From the IMG/VR virus record IMGVR_UViG_3300035208_003026, positions 128,001-192,000 of that record: 64,000 nucleotides of DNA. One strand, 5' to 3'. The translations under genes were made by a program, and so were the position numbers. The DNA is from a virus (taxonomy: Duplodnaviria; Caudoviricetes). This document shows, piece by piece, positions 48,301 through 55,669 of the stretch (the first letter of the stretch is position 1; each line of letters starts with the position of its first letter). Below the pieces are notes generated by a model. It worked only from the letters and a program-made list of their open reading frames with translations, had not been told where the DNA came from and ran no database searches.

Positions 48301-50222
48301 ATCCGACTGGTGCTGGTTACGGCGATGGGCTACACCCTAGTGCCACAGGCGCGGCGCTACTCGCGGCTGCCCTGGTCCCAGAAATCCAAGTTGTTCAATT
48401 ACTACTCGGATTGCAGGATATTTATGGGGATAGCCTAGTAGCATTCTGGCATGGCAATGACATGCAAGTTATTTCAACTATTAATGTTGCTAGCGTGACT
48501 GGTAGGATTGATAGCAATGTAACTAATCTTGATGATACTGTGTATCTTAATACTGGAACCGTAGGCGGGCGAAAAGCTTGGGGTGCTGATTCGTCAGGAA
48601 CAAAGGTATTAAGATCTTTAAGTGTTCCTGCATATAAATCAGTCGTAGCTGTCGCTACATCTCCCGCATTACCATTTACTACTTGGCAAGATTTAGTACG
48701 TTCAACGACATACTTGATAGAAGGTTATAACGGTCAAAGCAATCTCAGGCAGCCTGCTAACCAGACTATCTATGTAGACGGCAATAATACGTTAGATATG
48801 GCTTCGGGCACTCATATATTGGAGGCTTCTGGTGCGATCGATTATACTAGGATTGACCTAGGCGGTAATGATGGGGGCGGGACTTGGCTTTCGTATACTG
48901 GGTTAGTGTATTGTTTAAACGCTCAGCAGACAGAGGCCCAAAGAGAAGCAGCCAACGCTCTTCTAAGGGATCATTTCTCAATACCACCGGGGTCCGCTTG
49001 GTTAGCTAACCAAATAGCACTTCTCATTCCTACAGGGATCACTACCCTATGTATTGGAGATGATGTTGTAGTTTCAGGGGGTGAGATTAATGAATGGGCT
49101 AATAGGACTGGCTCGAATATCACCCCTGTATCTACTGCTAAAGCCTCGGTCATTACGGTAAATGGCCGCAAGGGAGGGCTATTCTCAACCAATGCCGCTG
49201 CCATGGGTTACGGATTAGCAACCGGTCAATTAACCCAAATAGCCGTTGCGCGGTGGGATGATACATTAACACTACCAGGCTATTGCGGTTTGATTGGTGG
49301 TCAAAACGCCACTTCAGGAAGGTTAATTACCGATGTTGGAGTTCCTCATCTTTACAATAGTGCAGGGGAGATTATCTATCGTGATGGTCGTCTCGGGGAC
49401 ACGATTGATAATGAGATTCATATCTGGGAATCTAACTCTGCCACGAGCAACACTTCATCGAGGCAACTAGGTTGTGGTGATTCTACTCCCGCGGGTAACT
49501 GGCGCGGTCCGATATTCTTTGTACTTCAAGCAAGTATCCAACTTAGTACAGAACAAAGATCGGGCTTAGTTGAGTTGCTTCGTCAATATTACGGACTTGA
49601 AGACAGAGCCCAGAAGCTAAGTGCTTTGGTCTCCAATTTGACTGCTATTTATGGTTCAGACTTAACAGAGATTTGGGTCGGTGATGCTGTTCAATTCGAC
49701 GTCGCTACTAGAGCGGCGGCTTGGCCAGGGAGTAAAAATAGCCTTCCTCTTAATTATCAAGGGTCGTATTTTGGAGAGTCGATAGTAAATGGTAGAGTCG
49801 GAATTTTAGCACCCGATACCACTACTAGGTGGCTGGAAAACCCTACATCCACAGCCCCAAAATCTATTGTAGCCGTCGCCGTTGCTCCTACAATACCAGT
49901 AACAGCCCAGTGTAACCTGGCAATGGCATGGGGTACATCTGGTACCGATGCGTCTATATTCGTGGCGACAGACGGAACTTGGAGTGCTTCGGGCTGGACC
50001 CACTATTGTGATGGTTATGCGTCTGCAGATCCGGGTGTTGGGCTTCATGTTTACCAGGCCGATAAGGCTACAAATACTACCCCCGGCGTGAGAGTTGGCG
50101 GCCTAGGCGGTACCGTACCTTATCCAGCTGATATCCTAACTGTAATGAGTCTCTCAGTCGTTCCTACGGATGAGCAACGGGCGGCGCACACAGCATTGCT
50201 TGAAGAGTATTATTCTATATAA
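45327..50222 (+). CDS. Tail fibre/receptor-binding protein with internal repeats, an SGNH esterase and three tandem lectin-like modules
   Basis: Repeated GPxSSTDNAIARF..TGKLIQNS; SGNH blocks GDSIT, NLGISG, GIND, DGLHP; three ~200-aa modules each ending in (E/A)QR...LL...(Y/F). Confidence 0.75.
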   Translation: MVLPYVNPDGVNPSFVYTRYPCDFDDPRPTDTRGLPVTVDNKTPVKAEVVNRQRESILAIEAELGIQPSGTFTTVRARLDALDSLIWESDGYVEGPSSSTYNAIARFEDSTGKLIQNSVVTISDTGDIQGATIDGYNIPDIAYDVANINLTSLNDVNGITSPLDGYYLRGNGSYWQGRVFSNDVLSLADVKGASSSTDNAIARFNLTTGKLIQNSLVTISDTGIIDGVNSVSLNLLPNGSYPSWQEGLIFYDSTNHTLVAYNDQSDVTQQIGQEFYLRIVNKTGVIIPNGSVVYVNGAQENRPTVALAQANDPVKVLATGIATHDIAINQEGLITIKGTVNGIDTRAFTAGDFLYVSPSVAGGLTNIKPLGQHYVWFVGVALNSTVNGSVVVSTQGPINLTSLHDVNGISSALDGYYLRGDGTIWEGREFSSDVLELADVKGPVSSTDNAIARFDLSTGKLIQNSVVTISDTGNIQGATIDGYNIPDIVYDVAYNVTYRDSLHVAGRAELPQVAQARVGSHVTCGNLGDEFVAIAANTYPIDKEFVIASIASPGVQWVWRNPETGRLGFDPSESLKWVCALSAERILLRHNAGTITDAIVDGGWAASTGEQLTAGYGGTPTLSESLYGGKPGLSFDTSSWIKFVLPDRCHPDANWGYLCSTQLTDDALTANHNVLDVDSGATDTDTYRLGIYDASEMFHVMVTDSTTRFNSVANDELYMAPIRGPSLLNEHRQTFGFFSDTGYTTYCNCRPGYTKSKIVTTYIGDTAPVVYINVQANGANIGSQVFNRIDFFNGYPGDLYLRNYDRYVNAGLPDIRVICIGDSITWGAGLSNEQSWPVLLSSDSSIAAGFDSNGVTAHYNVENLGISGWQTGNVIQALSSRIGPFVPFEGRVRNGRTITIVLIGINDVIVTPAGTDIGERAAEISDRIYEICDRLTPQGAYVILQTLLPATSAWLDTDKQSIRTSINNTIINSGTNHADSVFQSHIISGLTDPTGAGYGDGLHPSATGAALLAAALVPEIQVVQLLLGLQDIYGDSLVAFWHGNDMQVISTINVASVTGRIDSNVTNLDDTVYLNTGTVGGRKAWGADSSGTKVLRSLSVPAYKSVVAVATSPALPFTTWQDLVRSTTYLIEGYNGQSNLRQPANQTIYVDGNNTLDMASGTHILEASGAIDYTRIDLGGNDGGGTWLSYTGLVYCLNAQQTEAQREAANALLRDHFSIPPGSAWLANQIALLIPTGITTLCIGDDVVVSGGEINEWANRTGSNITPVSTAKASVITVNGRKGGLFSTNAAAMGYGLATGQLTQIAVARWDDTLTLPGYCGLIGGQNATSGRLITDVGVPHLYNSAGEIIYRDGRLGDTIDNEIHIWESNSATSNTSSRQLGCGDSTPAGNWRGPIFFVLQASIQLSTEQRSGLVELLRQYYGLEDRAQKLSALVSNLTAIYGSDLTEIWVGDAVQFDVATRAAAWPGSKNSLPLNYQGSYFGESIVNGRVGILAPDTTTRWLENPTSTAPKSIVAVAVAPTIPVTAQCNLAMAWGTSGTDASIFVATDGTWSASGWTHYCDGYASADPGVGLHVYQADKATNTTPGVRVGGLGGTVPYPADILTVMSLSVVPTDEQRAAHTALLEEYYSI
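45609..46805 (+). repeat. Internal direct repeats in the tail-fibre gene (A-B-A'...B-A)
   Basis: Blocks 45609-45764, 45768-45995 and 46518-46805; a 51-nt stretch is identical at 45654-45704 and 46695-46745. Confidence 0.9.
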
Positions 50223-50432
50223 TACTTTAGTGGTTATATTATCTAAAATGGATATTTTAAGAATGTTAATGACTAAAAACGATTCTTGTAAAAATTAATG
50301 AGAATGATATCTTTTTAGGCTATATAGTAGCAGTAATTATATTCAAAGACAGATAGGTAAAATGTTCGATATATCCCAGAGTTAAGTTTGGAAAATTCTT
50401 CATGGAAAAAGATGGACGTTTATGGAGGTAAT

Positions 50433-51713
50433 TTGACTTCTTGGGATATTGGAATTATTGGGGCTGGTGTTGCTGGAGTATTTGCAGCTCTCCGTTTAGC
50501 AGAGAAACATAGACATTTAAAAGTTGTTGTCTTTGAGTTTGGGCCTCCACCACCAAATTGTCTACGGCAGGATCCTATTCATATAAAGCGTCGCCGAAGA
50601 CAATTAGAAGGTTGGCTTGGATGTTTCCCAACTGGTGATGGAAAGATTTATTTAGATGATGATACTCAAAAAGTATCAGAGATTGTAGATGGACGACGCG
50701 TTCGGCCGATTAAAGATTGGTTTGCCGAACAATTGGGTGAGGTAAATACATCCAAAATCATTAAACCAAAACAACCATCTCTTAACATAAAAAAGGCTAT
50801 ACAGGATAAGGGATTTGATCTTAATGTTCATTCATATGAACAATGGGTACCAGATCAGATTCATCAATTATCCAAGATTTCTGCTGAAAAAATCGAAGCT
50901 GCAGGTAATGTGTTTTTAAGTTTCGATACTGAAGTTTATAGCTTTTTAAAGAATGGGAAGAAATTTAGTGTTAATACATCTCAGGGTGATTTCAGTTGTA
51001 AGAAATTGATCATGAGTGTTGGGCGCACTGGTTGGAGATGGGTTAACTCTCAGTATAAAAATCTTGGACTTCTATCAGAAGAACGCGGAATGGTGAAATA
51101 TGGTGTTCGAGTTGAAATGCCATCAAGCGCTCTTAAAGACTTTAACAAATCTCATTGTTCATTAATTCGAAGTGATTTAGAAATTGGGCCTTTAAGCTGG
51201 ATGGGTTCAATCATTCAAGAAGATCATGAGGGTGTAACACTTGCTGCTTTTAGGTCTAATGAAGACCGTTGGAAGAGTGATAAAGTTTTCTTCTCTGTAC
51301 AGAAAAATATTCCATTTTCTGAGGCTTCAATACCATTAAGAGGCATTATTCCAACTGATGTTAAGAGTTATGTAGATAGAATAGCTCAGCTATCTCATTG
51401 TCTTTCTGGTGAGCGTGTTGGAAGAGAGAAGATCACAAACTTCTCAAAAGGTCTTGGTGATTTGGCATTAATGCCTGAGTATGGTTGGGTAACATCAACT
51501 CTTAAAGAGATAGAATCGATCTTTCCTAATTTGATTGGTCGAGGGTATTTTCACGTTCCAGACATTGATACAAATATAAGTACTATCAATATAGCAAATA
51601 ACCTAGAGACAGAAATTGATGGTTTGTTTGTTGCTGGTGAGAGTGCTGGTATTAAGGGAATAGCAGCTGCCGGTATAACTGGAGCTTGTGCTGCCGAAGG
51701 AGCCGCGAAATGA
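50433..51713 (+). CDS. FAD-dependent oxidoreductase (COG2509-like)
   Basis: IIGAGVAG Rossmann motif, GDGK, VGRTG, GVRVE, LET.IDGLFVAGESAG..GI..A...G. GGAGG precedes the TTG at 50433. Confidence 0.8.
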   Translation: MTSWDIGIIGAGVAGVFAALRLAEKHRHLKVVVFEFGPPPPNCLRQDPIHIKRRRRQLEGWLGCFPTGDGKIYLDDDTQKVSEIVDGRRVRPIKDWFAEQLGEVNTSKIIKPKQPSLNIKKAIQDKGFDLNVHSYEQWVPDQIHQLSKISAEKIEAAGNVFLSFDTEVYSFLKNGKKFSVNTSQGDFSCKKLIMSVGRTGWRWVNSQYKNLGLLSEERGMVKYGVRVEMPSSALKDFNKSHCSLIRSDLEIGPLSWMGSIIQEDHEGVTLAAFRSNEDRWKSDKVFFSVQKNIPFSEASIPLRGIIPTDVKSYVDRIAQLSHCLSGERVGREKITNFSKGLGDLALMPEYGWVTSTLKEIESIFPNLIGRGYFHVPDIDTNISTINIANNLETEIDGLFVAGESAGIKGIAAAGITGACAAEGAAK

Positions 51714-52102
51714 TGGTAAAAGCAAACTCTGGAAATACAACATCTAACTCATATAGTTCTGGTCATGATAATTACGACAAATATAAAGATCATGATCAAT
51801 TTGTATATGACGAGAATAGTTCTGGAAAGTCTTTTATAAAGCAAGATTCGGAACTGTATAATGAAGAAGAAGCTGCAATTCCAGGATCATCTGTTCGTGT
51901 AAAGTGTACTAATACTGATTGGAAGATTTACATAAACGGAGTTGAAGTCTTAGTTTTGAAGGAATCTAGATTCACGGCAAAGGAACGTGATTGGCTTCAA
52001 ACTACTCAAGGTTTCTTATTTTTGCTTAATGGGGCTAAGCAGGGTTGGAATTCCGTCTCTGAATTCAAGAGACAAATCAAAGACAGACCAGAGGTTCAAT
52101 GA
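51710..52102 (+). CDS. Hypothetical protein
   Basis: AAGGAG SD and ATGA overlap. Confidence 0.6.
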   Translation: MMVKANSGNTTSNSYSSGHDNYDKYKDHDQFVYDENSSGKSFIKQDSELYNEEEAAIPGSSVRVKCTNTDWKIYINGVEVLVLKESRFTAKERDWLQTTQGFLFLLNGAKQGWNSVSEFKRQIKDRPEVQ

Positions 52103-52287
52103 TTATTTTCCACAGCACAAAAAGAATACAAGATCAAGCGTTTATGATTTTTACAAACGAAGATGGTGCTATGATTCAGATTCCGGTAGATGATAAAACC
52201 CAATCCGTGTTTTTACATCATTTTGATCGTCTATCTCATGGAATGAAACCGGTCGAGGATGACTCTAGGGAAGCCTCACATAAGTGA
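52099..52287 (+). CDS. Hypothetical protein
   Basis: GAGGT SD and ATGA overlap. Confidence 0.55.
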   Translation: MIIFHSTKRIQDQAFMIFTNEDGAMIQIPVDDKTQSVFLHHFDRLSHGMKPVEDDSREASHK

Positions 52288-52302
52288 AGGAGTCCTCTTT
52301 TT

Positions 52303-52947
52303 ATGAGTTATGTTCAGTATGTAATCGACATAGAATCTACAGGGCTAGACCCTATTAAGAATGATATTATAGAAGTTTGTTTTTGGCGTCTTGGAGATGC
52401 TGAAAGTAAGACTTGGTGGTTGACACCTTTGTCTCCAGAGAATATCGAAGAGGAAGCTTTGCAGATAAATAAACATCTCAGAGAAGATATTCTTCACCAA
52501 ACAAAAGAAGGAAGAGAAAAATACAGACATCCATCTGAAGTTCTTCCTGAGATTGAAATGTGGCTAATGGAAGATGGAGCAGCCGCAGAAGAGCGTGTGT
52601 TCATTGGTCAGAACCCAATGTTCGATTACGAGTTCCTTCTTGCTCTTTGGCGCAAAATGAAGGTAGAAAAGGAGTTCCCGTTTGGTTATTGGATTCCTAA
52701 CCGTGATGGTACAGAGCGTAACCAAGGCTACATCATAGATACCATGCAACTCGCTCGATTCATTGATGTATGCACCGGAAAGAAGCGTGCTCGTTATGGT
52801 CTTGGAGCCTTGGTTAAAGACTTTGGCGTGACCAAATCAACAGCTCACAGAGCTGATGGTGACGTTAAAATGACTAAAGAACTGTATGAGAAAATGATTG
52901 GGGTTCTTAGAGATCCAATCATTGGAGCTTTTAACGAAACTTACTGA
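52303..52947 (+). CDS. DEDDh 3'-5' exonuclease (DnaQ-like)
   Basis: IDIESTG, GQNPMFD, IDT, AHRADGD. Confidence 0.9.
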   Translation: MSYVQYVIDIESTGLDPIKNDIIEVCFWRLGDAESKTWWLTPLSPENIEEEALQINKHLREDILHQTKEGREKYRHPSEVLPEIEMWLMEDGAAAEERVFIGQNPMFDYEFLLALWRKMKVEKEFPFGYWIPNRDGTERNQGYIIDTMQLARFIDVCTGKKRARYGLGALVKDFGVTKSTAHRADGDVKMTKELYEKMIGVLRDPIIGAFNETY

Positions 52948-52948
52948 T

Positions 52949-53074
52949 ATTGTGCAAAGAAAGCTCCACTGCTTTAGCCGTTTGAATAAATTCGGTATGG
53001 AACACACGAATTAAAAAGCCTTGAGAACGTAAGTTCAATAGGAAGCCCCTATTCTTTAGATTGGGGTAGTTCAC
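52949..53074 (+). mobile_element. 126-bp non-autonomous IS200/IS605-derived element (PATE-like, omegaRNA-like 3' end)
   Basis: Left AAGCTCCACTGCTTTAGCCG end motif; internal TTGAGAAC-GTAA-GTTCAA hairpin; right end GAAGCCCCTATTCTTTAGATTGGGGTAGTTCAC. Inserted directly after TGAT. Confidence 0.7.
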
Positions 53075-53086
53075 AACGAGAAGTAA

Positions 53087-53461
53087 ATGTTATCTAGCAT
53101 TGGCATTTTCAGGTACACTCCAGAGAAATTGTACATTGAGGTTGATCCTGGTATTGCTGATTACTATAGAAGTTTAATACCCAAATACTTCAAAGTACAT
53201 ACAACTCGATATGCTCCACATATCTCTGTTGTACGAGAAGAGAATCCCAATAATAAGTGGGGTTTGTATAATGGTGCTCAGTTTGTCTTTGAATATGATT
53301 CATACATACACAACGATGGAGGTGTGTATTGGTGGTTGAATGTTCGAAGTAAGATTCTGAGCAACCTTCGTGTTGAGCTTGGATTACCAAGATGGTCTAA
53401 GTTGTCAAGACCACCAGATGGATCTGATAACTTTCACATTACAATAGGTAATACTAAATAA
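53087..53461 (+). CDS. 2H phosphoesterase (two HxS/T motifs)
   Basis: APHISVV and NFHITIG. Confidence 0.75.
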   Translation: MLSSIGIFRYTPEKLYIEVDPGIADYYRSLIPKYFKVHTTRYAPHISVVREENPNNKWGLYNGAQFVFEYDSYIHNDGGVYWWLNVRSKILSNLRVELGLPRWSKLSRPPDGSDNFHITIGNTK

Positions 53462-53703
53462 TGAATGTAAGAATTGGAAAGAATCAAGAGATTTTTAAAG
53501 AGAACGGCGAAGTATCTTTTTCAGCCTCTGATAAATTAACATCTTTGGTGTATGAAATTCTTAGAGATGTTGCACCTTCAGGTGCGGTAGAAGGAAAACT
53601 TCGTCAGGTTGAAGAAGAATCAATTGATGGTGAAATTACATACACCAACGGTTGGTTGGCTAAGTATGCAAAACACTTAGCTGATAGAATTCGAAAACTA
53701 TGA
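53461..53703 (+). CDS. Hypothetical protein
   Basis: Coupled ORF. Confidence 0.6.
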   Translation: MNVRIGKNQEIFKENGEVSFSASDKLTSLVYEILRDVAPSGAVEGKLRQVEEESIDGEITYTNGWLAKYAKHLADRIRKL

Positions 53704-54554
53704 AGATACTTATTGGTTCTGGCAACTTTTCCGGCTCTAATCTTATGGTATCAAGGTGGCTGGAAAACATGCCACAGCATGAGTTTAAAGTAGCCGCATG
53801 GTACCGGAACCATAAGTATCTTAATACTATCGATTGGTGTATCGATTGTCTTCAAGATACTCGTGTTGGAGAATTGAACTATTTTGATGAACGTTTTGGT
53901 ATTCAAGGGCCTTGTGTAAATCATGATTTAGCTGATGAAATCATTGATGATTTACTACTTTGGAGCCCAGACTTAGTGATTTCTGATTGCGATTCGTTTA
54001 CTGTAGCTTTGTCTAAAGTTCTCGGAATACCTTTATGGTATTGTTCGGGAATGTTGCAAATGATCGGTATCGAACATGATCGTAAAGAAATACAAACTAA
54101 AAAATGGGATAGAATAAAGAGATACCTTGAGACGTTGCCTAAGGGAGACGCTTACCTAGTGTATTCTCCTTTATGTGACATTTCTTCACGTCCATTTTTA
54201 AAGAATGGTTTTGAGTGGATTCGACCGTACTCGATAACACCTCAGGAAGACACTGAGTTTTCAGATATTCGGAAGGCATTACCTGAGAAAGCCTTATTGA
54301 GTACTGGTGAGACATCTCTGGTATCGGATTGCGTGTATTCTGGAAGAACCACATTCATTTGTCCAGATCCGAATGATCCTGAACAGGTTCTAAATGCTCA
54401 GCTATTGGAATGGTATGGGTGCGGTCGAAACATTGGAAGGCCGCAAAGCATTGAGTTTGTAAAACGAATAACTCAAGGATACAACCAAAGCCCTGTGCTT
54501 TCTATTCAGAAATGGAAGCAACTAGACGAAAGATTGGAAGAATTCAAGAGTTGA
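53700..54554 (+). CDS. Divergent MJ1255/Glyco_trans_1_3-like glycosyltransferase
   Basis: MKILIG, PDLVISDCD, STGETSLVSDCVY.G, EQVLNA. Confidence 0.55.
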   Translation: MKILIGSGNFSGSNLMVSRWLENMPQHEFKVAAWYRNHKYLNTIDWCIDCLQDTRVGELNYFDERFGIQGPCVNHDLADEIIDDLLLWSPDLVISDCDSFTVALSKVLGIPLWYCSGMLQMIGIEHDRKEIQTKKWDRIKRYLETLPKGDAYLVYSPLCDISSRPFLKNGFEWIRPYSITPQEDTEFSDIRKALPEKALLSTGETSLVSDCVYSGRTTFICPDPNDPEQVLNAQLLEWYGCGRNIGRPQSIEFVKRITQGYNQSPVLSIQKWKQLDERLEEFKS

Positions 54555-54564
54555 AAGTTTTGTC

Positions 54565-54593
54565 TTGCAAACTTGATCTTGATGTGGTAGGTT
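54565..54593 (+). promoter_or_regulatory. Sigma70-type promoter, probably driving a leaderless transcript
   Basis: TTGCAA-17 nt-TAGGTT with an extended TG; the ATG lies 7 nt downstream and has no SD. Confidence 0.5.
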
Positions 54594-54599
54594 CGATGT

Positions 54600-55202
54600 A
54601 TGAACAGAGTTGCTTTTGACATTGGAAATGTTCTATGCCATGTGGATATCGGTGTTCTTTTCAAAACCCTGTTGGATTTATCTGTTGTAGAGTCCGAAAA
54701 ACAGGCACATGAATTCATGGATTCAATTCATGAACAACAAGACATCGGAGCATGTAATCTCAAACAAGGATTAGTTAGAGCCAATCCTCTGTTAAGCGAG
54801 GATGTAATAAAGAAATTACACGAAGTGTGGATTGATATCGCTCGTCCATCAGATGTAATGTTGAGTCTTGTTGAGGAGTTGATAGACAAACATGGATATG
54901 AAGTTTCGTTACTATCAAATATAGGACTTGATCATTCTGATATGTTGCGTCAGAAGTGTCCAGTTTTCAAGAGATGTAATCAGCACTTCTCTTGTGATAT
55001 TGGAATAAGTAAACCGTCAAAGAAATTCTATGAAAGCTTTATATCTAGATATGGATGGGATAGTAATGTATTGTTCTTTGATGATCGATTAGAGAATGTT
55101 CAAGCAGCGAATGGTTATCTTACAGGCGTTTTGTTTGACGTTGAGAAGTATGATTCTGATGAGCTTGCTGCGCAAGCAATGCGTAAGCATCTTATTTTGT
55201 AG
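54600..55202 (+). CDS. HAD-superfamily phosphatase (YihX-like)
   Basis: AFDIGNVL, LLSN, GISKP, FFDDRLENV. Confidence 0.85.
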   Translation: MNRVAFDIGNVLCHVDIGVLFKTLLDLSVVESEKQAHEFMDSIHEQQDIGACNLKQGLVRANPLLSEDVIKKLHEVWIDIARPSDVMLSLVEELIDKHGYEVSLLSNIGLDHSDMLRQKCPVFKRCNQHFSCDIGISKPSKKFYESFISRYGWDSNVLFFDDRLENVQAANGYLTGVLFDVEKYDSDELAAQAMRKHLIL

Positions 55203-55240
55203 GATATATTCTCTAGTGGTGATTAAGCCATTGGAGAATT

Positions 55241-55426
55241 ATGTCTGGAATAACACATCACAAAACGTTAACGGCACAAGAGGCTCTTGAATATATCGCA
55301 TTTGCTGTTTGGCAAAGAGATCTACCTGATGGTTTTGATGGTCAGATTACATGCGAATTGAATGATGATGGTTCGGTCGAGGTGTATGCAGTTGACCAAG
55401 ACTCGGATATTCAGCCATTGAATTGA
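55241..55426 (+). CDS. Hypothetical protein
   Basis: GGAGA SD. Confidence 0.55.
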   Translation: MSGITHHKTLTAQEALEYIAFAVWQRDLPDGFDGQITCELNDDGSVEVYAVDQDSDIQPLN

Positions 55427-55477
55427 CCATGATAATATCTTGAAGTTGGGAGTTGCTTCTGTCGAAACTTCAAGTTA

Positions 55478-55669
55478 GTGGATCATGATGAAGTAAAGAG
55501 ACAAGTTATTTTTCTGGCAAGAGAGGGTTTTCTATTGCCAGACTATCCGGAGTGTGGTAACATCTTCACCTCGATAGCGAAGCTTTGGCTAGCAAGTGTG
55601 ATACTTGCGGCAAAAGATCTCCAAATAGAAGCATATTTTCCCACAGGTATAAACAATGGCAAAAGTTAA
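55478..55669 (+). CDS. Hypothetical protein
   Basis: Short ORF overlapping the PARP start. Confidence 0.35.
   Translation: MDHDEVKRQVIFLAREGFLLPDYPECGNIFTSIAKLWLASVILAAKDLQIEAYFPTGINNGKS

Noticed and set aside
50223-50387. Possible decayed nuclease fragment in the AT-rich spacer after the tail fibre
   Set aside because: Only a few residues are suggestive and there are multiple stops; not supportable.
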